40,045 nt of DNA from a virus: IMG/VR virus record IMGVR_UViG_3300045988_090683; one strand, 5' to 3'. The notes below the pieces were generated by a model. It saw nothing but the letters and a program-made list of their open reading frames with translations, was not told the origin of the DNA and ran no database searches. Positions 34,489-40,045 of this stretch are shown here, piece after piece. The position numbers and the translations under genes were made by a program. Position 1 is the first letter of the stretch. Each line of letters starts with the position of its first letter.

Positions 34489-35013
34489 TTATTTATTGAT
34501 TAATGTATCAAGTTCTTCGATAATTTCTTGCGATAAATCTTCTGCAGATGGTTTTCCGGAAACGCCGTGTTTACGAAAAATATCAAGTGCAGCCTTGGCA
34601 CCTTCTTGACCGCTGTCCTTCAACCAGTTTTTGAAGTTTGTCCAATATACATGAGGATCAATTTCCGCCGTTTCAACGTCTAACTCATTTTCGGTTGATT
34701 CCTCAACTTCTTCTGCTTTAACCTCTATAGGTTCGCCATCAAAGTTCGTAACAGGAACTTCTGCAACCTCTTCGGCTGGTTTCTCTTTTACCTCAACAGG
34801 TTCTGTTTGAGGTTCTTCAACTTTGTTTACGACCTCAACTACTTTTTTTGCTACCTCTTCGATGTGTTCAGGCTTTACTTCTTGTTTAGGAGCCTCTACC
34901 ACTTTGACTGTTTGTGGTTCATCAACGGTTTTAGGGTTTAGCATTTCATTATATTCATTAATTTTCTTTGCCAAGTCTTTTGCATTTTTGAATTCGATTG
35001 TAATTTGGTTCAT
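34489..35013 (-). CDS. Hypothetical highly acidic early protein (E/V/P-rich central region)
   Basis: 174-aa ORF with an ATGA overlap with the methyltransferase gene. Confidence 0.6.
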   Translation of the reverse strand: MNQITIEFKNAKDLAKKINEYNEMLNPKTVDEPQTVKVVEAPKQEVKPEHIEEVAKKVVEVVNKVEEPQTEPVEVKEKPAEEVAEVPVTNFDGEPIEVKAEEVEESTENELDVETAEIDPHVYWTNFKNWLKDSGQEGAKAALDIFRKHGVSGKPSAEDLSQEIIEELDTLINK

Positions 35014-35531
35014 TGTTCTGTCTCCTTATATTCATATTCAAAATGAATGCTATTTTGTTTTGAATTAATCAGCATAACTATATTGTGATAAGCTGGTGTT
35101 TTAGAATTGTCGCCATTTTCATTAATAAACTTAATACGCTTAGTTGGTATATATACCCCTATCCGCGTACGGTGGAATAATTTATGTCTTTGTACCCCCC
35201 CCAGTGTATCTATAGGCAATAGCAGTACACTGGGCTTGCCAAGATCAATGCAACGTTCTATGATTTTATCCTTTATGCTATACGGTGGGTTAGATATTAG
35301 ATAATCGAACTCATAATCACGAGTTAAAAAATCTTGTATGCCCCATATAGCTTGTTTGTCATATTCTGCTGTAATAATCTTTGTGAAATTACTTTCAGCA
35401 GTATCGAATGGCAATAAAATCCTATCACCAGCATTTGGTGGGAATACCTTTAACATTGTTCTGACTACATAAGCTGGTGTATACCATTCGTCAGAATAGC
35501 TGTTATTTATAAGGGCATGTTTAGTTGCCAT
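35010..35531 (-). CDS. Orphan DNA N6-adenine methyltransferase (phage Dam-like small family)
   Basis: SDEWYTP near the N-terminus and the catalytic ISNPPYS motif. No restriction partner is present in the window. Confidence 0.8.
   Translation of the reverse strand: MATKHALINNSYSDEWYTPAYVVRTMLKVFPPNAGDRILLPFDTAESNFTKIITAEYDKQAIWGIQDFLTRDYEFDYLISNPPYSIKDKIIERCIDLGKPSVLLLPIDTLGGVQRHKLFHRTRIGVYIPTKRIKFINENGDNSKTPAYHNIVMLINSKQNSIHFEYEYKETEQ
35195..35202 (-). repeat. G8 homopolymer (C8 on the plus strand) inside the methyltransferase ORF
   Basis: It reads CTG GGG GGG GTA (LGGV) in frame. It is the longest G/C run I found in this AT-rich window. Confidence 0.9.
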
Positions 35532-36750
35532 TTTTCAATGTAGCCACTTCTTCCGTTAAAGATTGAACTAATTTTTCAAGTTGACTAATACGACTATTGT
35601 CTGTTTTAGCCTCTGGCACATAGTCAGAACTTTTGCCAACTCTAAATGCAGCATTAATAGTAATTTGAGTTTCACTGCCAAGACTAACACCAGCACCAAA
35701 CATTGTTTTTTCGTTAGGTCTATAAAAAGCACCTAGTGCGACTGCATTTTGACTTTTATATCGACCATAAGATAAGGCAAATGACATTTTATCGTTTTTA
35801 TTAAAATCGAGTGGGTGCAGACCAGCCAATGCAGCGGAGCTTGCTCCCAACTTATTAATACGACGTTCTGTTGTATTGATTTTGTTATTCAATTCATTTC
35901 TAATAACAGTTGTATTTGTATCGATTTTTTTCTTTAAATCTGTAATATCTTTAGTATTAGTGCTAACACCGATATCAATCCTATTAATGCTGCTATTAAT
36001 AGTTCCAATGCTATTAGTATTTCGATTAATTTGTCGAGCATGTTCGCTTGTTGTCCCCCCTAACGAATTAATTTCATCAATAGCTGCATACAGCTGGGAG
36101 CCATTAACAGCATCGAGGCTGTCAGCTTCAATACGTCCTGCTGAGACGTTTTGTAACTGACGGTTATAATTATGAATATTGCTATATGTATCACTTTGTT
36201 TAGATCCAAATGACACGCTAGAATTTGGCTGTTCTCCTGCAAATACATGGGTAACGCCGTTAATTTGCATTTGCCCGAAGCCAACAGGTGCATAAGTTTG
36301 ACTATTAGTGCCAATCGCTACGCTGTTTTGCACAGGTGCACTGGCGTTATTGCCAATAGTAACAGCGTCAATGCCTCTTGTTACGGAGTGTGTACCAATA
36401 ACAATTGAGCCCTGGTTATCTACAACAGAATTTGCGCCAATTACTGTTTGCTCTTGATGGGCTCCAATATAGTTGTTATATCCAATAGCAGTTGATTGTC
36501 CGCCTGCAACAGTGCCATTGCCACCACCAATAACGATGGTATCGTTTCCAGTAATTTTGTTATCACGGCCAAGTGCAACAGAATTCGTAGCATTAACCAC
36601 TGTATTTGCACCACTTGCAATAGAGTTGTAGCCAGTAGCGACAGGTGCATTGGTATTAGGTTCTACTGGTCCTGTAACTACACCGTTAGCCATAACATTT
36701 ACTGCTAGTGCAGCAATAGTGGAAGTTGTTACGATAATTTTTTTATTCAT
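35521..36750 (-). CDS. Trimeric autotransporter adhesin (YadA-like) with a post-anchor coiled-coil extension
   Basis: Signal peptide MNKKIIVTTSTIAALAVNVMA; head repeats NSIASGANT / NSVALGRDN / SVAIGTNS; neck LQNVSAGRIEADSLDAVNGSQLYA; beta-barrel anchor GASSAALAGLHPLDF...AAFRVGKS; then 35 extra residues (35524-35628) with heptads. Confidence 0.85.
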   Translation of the reverse strand: MNKKIIVTTSTIAALAVNVMANGVVTGPVEPNTNAPVATGYNSIASGANTVVNATNSVALGRDNKITGNDTIVIGGGNGTVAGGQSTAIGYNNYIGAHQEQTVIGANSVVDNQGSIVIGTHSVTRGIDAVTIGNNASAPVQNSVAIGTNSQTYAPVGFGQMQINGVTHVFAGEQPNSSVSFGSKQSDTYSNIHNYNRQLQNVSAGRIEADSLDAVNGSQLYAAIDEINSLGGTTSEHARQINRNTNSIGTINSSINRIDIGVSTNTKDITDLKKKIDTNTTVIRNELNNKINTTERRINKLGASSAALAGLHPLDFNKNDKMSFALSYGRYKSQNAVALGAFYRPNEKTMFGAGVSLGSETQITINAAFRVGKSSDYVPEAKTDNSRISQLEKLVQSLTEEVATLKNGN

Positions 36751-36808
36751 TGTGTTAAATCTCCGTTTCTTGCTATAATTGAGTTGGTTAATTTTGACTA
36801 GGGCATCA

Positions 36809-36985
36809 CTAATTGCAGTTAGTGGTGTCCTCTTTTTTTATTTCGTAAAACATGATGCCTATTGCAGCAATCATGCATGTAATTAACAATGCCCATGTTG
36901 CAGAGGTTAATTCATATCCCTGCACATCGGAGCCTTCAATAATTCCATACGATGTTATGCATAACATCGCTGCTATCCACTTCAT
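36809..36985 (-). CDS. Small two-TM membrane protein (hypothetical)
   Basis: I prefer ATG 36985 (SD GGGGGA 6 nt upstream, ATGA overlap with the xis stop). The product MKWIAAMLCITSYGII...WALLITCMIAAIGIMFY has two hydrophobic helices. Confidence 0.55.
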   Translation of the reverse strand: MKWIAAMLCITSYGIIEGSDVQGYELTSATWALLITCMIAAIGIMFYEIKKEDTTNCN

Positions 36986-37182
36986 TGTCGTTCCCCCATT
37001 CTTAATTGGCATTTTTGTCTTAGCCAATTATTCAATGCCTCTAAATGTATTAATCTTTTACCGCCAGCCTTTCCAATCCTCATGGAAGGGAAGTCGTAAT
37101 CTTTGGCCCATTTTCTGATTTGCTCATCACTTACGGAGCATAATTTGGCGGCCTCCTCAACAGTAACGCAGATCTTATTCAT
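36982..37182 (-). CDS. xis: Excisionase-family DNA-binding protein (MerR-like HTH_17)
   Basis: VTVEEAAKLCSVSDEQIRKWAKDYDFPSMRIGK.....I resembles Xis/AlpA-type winged helix proteins. Strong SD AGGAGGTG. Confidence 0.7.
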   Translation of the reverse strand: MNKICVTVEEAAKLCSVSDEQIRKWAKDYDFPSMRIGKAGGKRLIHLEALNNWLRQKCQLRMGERQ

Positions 37183-37194
37183 GGTTTCACCTCC

Positions 37195-37458
37195 TTATAG
37201 GCCAAGTTCGATTTGTATAGTTAGCAACCAATGTAGGTACTCTTGATTACGTCTTAATATGATTTTTCGCTCATCACATGTAACCATTCTTTTGAAGTGC
37301 TCACTAGCTTGACGATTTACTACGCTTTGAAAACGAGCTATTTCAATTTCAAAATCATGTTTTGTTAACGCCCAGTAAGTAGGAACTATAAGCCCTGTTC
37401 GCTCGTAGTATTCTTTAACTTCTTCAATAGGTTTAAATGTCCAGTGTTTATAATTCAT
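37195..37458 (-). CDS. Hypothetical early protein
   Basis: 87-aa ORF with SD GAGGA about 10 nt upstream. Confidence 0.55.
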   Translation of the reverse strand: MNYKHWTFKPIEEVKEYYERTGLIVPTYWALTKHDFEIEIARFQSVVNRQASEHFKRMVTCDERKIILRRNQEYLHWLLTIQIELGL

Positions 37459-37499
37459 TTTTGTTTATCCTCATAATCCTTCAAAATCAGTACCAAAGC

Positions 37500-37676
37500 T
37501 CACAATGGCGCGTCAATAAGTTGGTCGATTGTTTCATTCGCATGTACCTTAGCCACGCGCATTGCAAACTCTCGTTCTTGCTCTGCAAAATGAAGATATG
37601 TTTTTCTTTGAGCTTCATAATTGATATTGAATTCGTGTTCCCATATTTCATTGAGTACTGTTTCTTTGTTTAACAT
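37500..37676 (-). CDS. Hypothetical early protein (58 aa, below the track cutoff)
   Basis: Hand-translated as MLNKETVLNEIWEHEFNINYEAQRKTYLHFAEQEREFAMRVAKVHANETIDQLIDAPL. SD GAGGTG lies 5-6 nt upstream of ATG 37676. It fills the gap after the cro-like gene. Confidence 0.6.
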   Translation of the reverse strand: MLNKETVLNEIWEHEFNINYEAQRKTYLHFAEQEREFAMRVAKVHANETIDQLIDAPL

Positions 37677-37706
37677 TTCTACACCTCATTGTTTACGTTT
37701 AGTAAA

Positions 37707-37916
37707 CTATTTGATTAAAAAAATATCCTGCATGTTCAAGCTATCATCTAGTCGGTGAAAAAATTCATAGATTTGAACCATTTCCACCGGTTTAAAAGAC
37801 CGTTTGCCATTCTCTTTTTGATTATATGTAGATTTAGGTAAACCCAGCATGTTTGCTATATCTAACTGTGTATATCCAAATCGTTGTCGGAGTTTAATTA
37901 ATTCGTTTGTTTCCAT
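37707..37916 (-). CDS. Cro-like XRE-family HTH regulator
   Basis: LRQRFGYTQLDIANMLGLPKSTYNQKENGKRSF is an HTH_3 motif. The gene is divergent from the repressor gene. Confidence 0.8.
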   Translation of the reverse strand: METNELIKLRQRFGYTQLDIANMLGLPKSTYNQKENGKRSFKPVEMVQIYEFFHRLDDSLNMQDIFLIK

Positions 37917-37962
37917 GCTTTCACCTCCTTATGTTTTCATATTGCAAACTCCTTATGAGCTT

Positions 37963-37991
37963 ATTATAGTTTACATAGTGCATACCGTCAA
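37963..37991 (-). promoter_or_regulatory. Early lytic promoter (P-cro)
   Basis: On the minus strand: -35 TTGACG (37991-37986), a 17-nt spacer, and -10 TATAAT (37968-37963). The cro SD AGGAGG lies downstream. Confidence 0.7.
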
Positions 37992-38024
37992 ATAAACTTT
38001 TTATAAAAGTTTGCATATTGCAAG

Positions 38025-38053
38025 TTTACATTTTGTTTACAATTTAATATGAT
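38025..38053 (+). promoter_or_regulatory. Repressor promoter (P-cI)
   Basis: -35 TTTACA (38025-38030), a 17-nt spacer, and -10 TATGAT (38048-38053), followed by SD GGAGG 8 nt before ATG 38074. Confidence 0.65.
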
Positions 38054-38073
38054 AACTATAGGAGGTATGCAAT

Positions 38074-38442
38074 ATGAAAACTATGGGACAACGCATACAA
38101 GAATTGCGAAAATACAACAAAATGACCGGCGAAGAGTTAGGGAAAAAATTAAACGTCGCTAAATCGACTGTATCATTATGGGAAGGTGGTTCTCGCACAC
38201 CTAACACTGAAATGTTGCAAAGTATCGCAAAGGTATTTGATGTTTCCACTGATTATTTGCTAACAGGCAACGAGCCTACTCCAAAAGGATATTACCAAGA
38301 TCCAGAAACAGCTGAGTACGCAGAATATTTACGTACACGGCCAGAAGCTAAAATGCTGTTTTCAGCTTCCAAAGATATAAGCAAGGAAGAAATGGAAGAG
38401 GTTGTAAATTATATCGAGTACCTTAAAACAAAACATAAATAA
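38074..38442 (+). CDS. cI-type XRE-family repressor (ImmR-like)
   Basis: IQELRKYNKMTGEELGKKLNVAKSTVSLWEGGSRTP is an HTH_3 motif. The gene is divergent from cro and followed by an ImmA-like gene. Confidence 0.85.
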   Translation: MKTMGQRIQELRKYNKMTGEELGKKLNVAKSTVSLWEGGSRTPNTEMLQSIAKVFDVSTDYLLTGNEPTPKGYYQDPETAEYAEYLRTRPEAKMLFSASKDISKEEMEEVVNYIEYLKTKHK

Positions 38443-38462
38443 ATACATAGGGAGTTGGTATT

Positions 38463-38747
38463 GTGATTGTTAATGTTATTCATTGTGGCCTGCCTAAAGG
38501 TAAGGCCACTACTACAACAACAGACGAACACGGAGTATACGTTATCGCAGTTAATAAAGATTTAACAGGGGACGAGCTGCGAAGGGAATTAGCCCACGAG
38601 CTCCGCCATATTATTAATGATGATTTTCACATCGACCAGCACGTAAACCTGGTTGAAAAGATGATAAGGCAATCAGCCTCAAATAATGAATTTGAGCATA
38701 TAGATTTTTATCATCATTTTTTGGATAGTAACAATAATGTTATATAG
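38463..38747 (+). CDS. ImmA/IrrE-like zinc metalloprotease (short form)
   Basis: HEXXH motif in YVIAVNKDLTGDELRRELAHELRHI. The GTG start has SD GGAG 9 nt upstream. The gene lies immediately downstream of the XRE repressor. Confidence 0.65.
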   Translation: MIVNVIHCGLPKGKATTTTTDEHGVYVIAVNKDLTGDELRRELAHELRHIINDDFHIDQHVNLVEKMIRQSASNNEFEHIDFYHHFLDSNNNVI

Positions 38748-38770
38748 CGTAAAAACGCTATTTATTTTTT
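38744..38770 (+). terminator. Intrinsic terminator after the repressor-ImmA operon
   Basis: Stem ATAGCGT/ACGCTAT (38744-38750 pairs with 38755-38761) around a 4-A loop (38751-38754), with the T tract running on as TTATTTTTT to 38770. Confidence 0.65.
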
Positions 38771-38819
38771 ATCTATATTATCGAACATATATTTGAATTT
38801 TAAGGAGATATATAACATT

Positions 38820-39893
38820 ATGGCAACAAAACGCACTGACGGAAGGTATACCATTAAGAAAACGTTTAATGGCAAGCCTAAATACTTTTACGGTAAAACA
38901 AAAAAAGAGGCACGAGAAAAGCTCCAACAATATGAAAAGGAGTTTTCTTCGTGCCTCAACTTCAACGGCGCTATTACATTGTATGAATGGATTAATACTT
39001 GGCTAACAATTAAAGAAAAAACAATTACGATAGCCACGTTAAACAGTTATAAGGGAATAATTAGCAGATATATATTACCTACAATAGGTGGTATCAAGTT
39101 AGCTGATATACGACCAGCTCAACTACGTAAAGTATTCGACAATATGCAGCACCTATCAACGCGAACTATCACATATACTATGACTATACTTAACTCTGTA
39201 CTGGAATTGGCTGTACGTGATGAGATAATACCTAAAAATTATATGAAAAATATAGATAGACCAAAGCATGTTAAAACAAAAGAAATGATAACATTAAACG
39301 CTAATGAGATAAAACAATTTTTGAATGTCATAACTAACAGCGAACATTATGCGTTATTCAAATTAGCATTTGCCAGCGGTATGCGTAGATCAGAATTATT
39401 AGGCTTAACATGGTCGAATGTTCATTTTAATAAATCAACTATATCAATTGAACAAACTGCCCTACGAATTAATGGAGGTGGCGTCCTTTCCCCTACAACT
39501 AAAACGGATAGCTCACGACGTACAATTTCAATAGATGCCGATACTATGGCAATATTACGAAAACATAAAACCACCATTGATAAACGCATGTTAGCCACTC
39601 CAAATTGGACTAACCATAATTTGGTATTTCCTGGTATACATGGAGGGCCTAGAAATCCTGACGAAGTAAGTAGATTGTGCAAGCATTATGCAAAACTCAT
39701 AGGCAAGCCAGCTTTTAGCATGCATGGTACTCGGCACACACACGCCACACTACTTATTGAAAGTGGCGCCAATATAAAAGCAGTACAAACTAGATTAGGT
39801 CATGCCTCTTTTGAAGAAACGATGAACACGTATTCGCATGTTACACCTACTATGGAAGATGATTTGCTCGAGAAAATAGAAAAGATATTTTAA
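38820..39893 (+). CDS. int: Tyrosine site-specific integrase
   Basis: C-terminal catalytic region HGTRHTHATLLIESGANIKAVQTRLGHASFEETMNTYSHV (R..H..R..H..Y pattern). I prefer ATG 38820 over the track's TTG 38793. Confidence 0.9.
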   Translation: MATKRTDGRYTIKKTFNGKPKYFYGKTKKEAREKLQQYEKEFSSCLNFNGAITLYEWINTWLTIKEKTITIATLNSYKGIISRYILPTIGGIKLADIRPAQLRKVFDNMQHLSTRTITYTMTILNSVLELAVRDEIIPKNYMKNIDRPKHVKTKEMITLNANEIKQFLNVITNSEHYALFKLAFASGMRRSELLGLTWSNVHFNKSTISIEQTALRINGGGVLSPTTKTDSSRRTISIDADTMAILRKHKTTIDKRMLATPNWTNHNLVFPGIHGGPRNPDEVSRLCKHYAKLIGKPAFSMHGTRHTHATLLIESGANIKAVQTRLGHASFEETMNTYSHVTPTMEDDLLEKIEKIF

Positions 39894-39895
39894 AA

Positions 39896-39940
39896 GTTGT
39901 CAAAATGTTGTCAAACCACGTAAGACAAAAAGTTGTCAAA
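39896..39940 (+). repeat. Three GTTGTCAAA repeats between int and attR (candidate integrase arm-type sites)
   Basis: GTTGTCAAA at 39896-39904, 39907-39915 and 39932-39940, all in the same orientation as the two copies at 165-184. Confidence 0.55.
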
Positions 39941-39982
39941 ACAAAAATAAGGGCTTACAGAATTACCTGTAAGCCCTTATTT
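39937..39982. terminator. Bidirectional hairpin: terminator for tRNA-Leu (minus strand), also positioned to stop int transcription (plus strand)
   Basis: A 14-16 bp perfect stem, ATAAGGGCTTACAG (39947-39960) pairing with CTGTAAGCCCTTAT (39967-39980). On the minus strand it is followed by TTTTGTTTTG, 10 nt after the tRNA 3' end. Confidence 0.65.
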
Positions 39983-39990
39983 AATCAGCT

Positions 39991-40045
39991 TGGTGCGGTT
40001 GGAGGGACTTGAACCCTCACGAGCGTACGCTCACCACCCCCTCAA
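39991..40045 (-). tRNA. tRNA-Leu(GAG), 3' portion only (the 5' half lies beyond the window edge)
   Basis: The reverse complement gives anticodon loop TTGAGGG (anticodon GAG), 3' anticodon stem GGTGG, long variable arm GAGCGTACGCTC (class II), T-arm GAGGG/TTCAAGT/CCCTC, then acceptor CAACCGC, discriminator A and encoded CCA ending at 39991. The last 9 nt (39991-39999) are supplied by phage DNA. Confidence 0.8.
40000..40045. repeat. attR core (right copy of the 46-bp direct repeat)
   Basis: Identical to 1-46 and lies inside the tRNA-Leu 3' portion. The window ends here, so the full extent of identity is unknown. Confidence 0.85.

Larger units (their letters stand above)
1..40045. mobile_element. 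Complete integrated temperate phage (siphovirus-like: long tape measure, no sheath gene), attL to attR
   Basis: Perfect 46-bp direct repeats lie at both edges. Integrase, excisionase, cI/cro switch, replication, packaging, head, tail and lysis modules occur in canonical order, almost all on the minus strand. Confidence 0.9.

Noticed and set aside
36771-36779. Plus-strand extended -10 (TGCTATAAT) between the adhesin and the small membrane gene, possibly an antisense promoter
   Set aside because: There is no matching -35 box and no plus-strand ORF or obvious structured RNA downstream. A single hexamer match in AT-rich DNA is expected by chance.
37437-37673. 78-aa plus-strand ORF in the early region
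   Set aside because: It is antisense to a 58-codon minus-strand ORF (37500-37676). That ORF has a proper GAGGTG SD and fits the unidirectional early operon. The plus-strand product is low-complexity and hydrophobic.
38793-38819. TTG start for the integrase, and similar alternative-start extensions (TTG 16500 for the capsid, GTG 12806 for the tape measure, GTG 23114, GTG 15559, 27080 for RusA, 37027 for the membrane protein)
   Set aside because: In each case the extension overlaps or abuts the Shine-Dalgarno sequence of a downstream ATG with canonical spacing, or it breaks an ATGA/TAATG coupling junction.
1-40045. Search by eye for CRISPR arrays, DGR template/variable repeat pairs, reverse transcriptase, invertase-flanked fibre segments, transposases and toxin-antitoxin pairs
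   Set aside because: None was found. The only recombinase is the integrase. The only sizeable repeats are the att core, the fibre 38-mer, the iterons and short in-frame tandem repeats. The XRE plus HEXXH pair fits ImmR/ImmA better than a TA system.

Overview
The whole window is one integrated temperate tailed-phage genome of about 40 kb. It is bounded by a perfect 46-bp direct repeat (1-46 = 40000-40045), which is the 3' part of a class-II tRNA-Leu(GAG) gene on the minus strand. The layout, read right to left, is as follows. Lysogeny module: tyrosine integrase (+), ImmA-like Zn-protease and XRE/cI-type repressor (+), and divergent sigma70-like promoters. Everything after this lies on the minus strand and is tightly coupled (ATGA/TAATG overlaps, strong GGAGG/GGGGG ribosome-binding sites). 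Early genes: cro-like HTH, small ORFs, excisionase, a small membrane protein, a trimeric-autotransporter adhesin moron, an orphan N6-adenine methyltransferase carrying a G8 tract, two acidic low-complexity proteins, and a 550-aa unknown. Recombination and replication: Rad50/SbcC-like ATPase with a CxxC hook, RecT/Bet-like annealase, MBL-fold hydrolase, DnaD-like replisome organiser with an internal iteron cluster (probable ori), DnaC-like loader, RusA, dUTPase, and an ArpU-type late regulator. A promoter followed by an intrinsic terminator precedes the late operon. Late operon: a Cys-rich small protein, a ParB-like protein, two tandem paralogous GT-A-like proteins, TerS, TerL, portal, a MuF/SPP1-gp7-like minor head protein with an extra JAB-like C-terminal domain, scaffold, major capsid, neck proteins, major tail protein, G/G-T chaperones with a clear -1 frameshift site, tape measure, a lambda/GTA-like tail-tip module, fibre proteins, holin, M15 endolysin and spanin candidate(s). 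I saw no rRNA, CRISPR array, transposase, reverse transcriptase or recognisable named defence system. The host is inferred to be a low-GC diderm Firmicute (Negativicutes-like), based on the adhesin architecture, the spanin-like genes and the Firmicute-type phage modules; this is inference only. The best candidates for something undescribed are: (1) the ParB-like plus duplicated GT-A-like cassette at the head of the late operon, (2) the MuF-JAB fusion with a tiny downstream ORF and stacked terminators, (3) the prophage adhesin/methyltransferase moron with a slippage-prone G8 tract, (4) the two co-extensive frames in the spanin position. All family assignments come from motif recognition by eye, not from searches.
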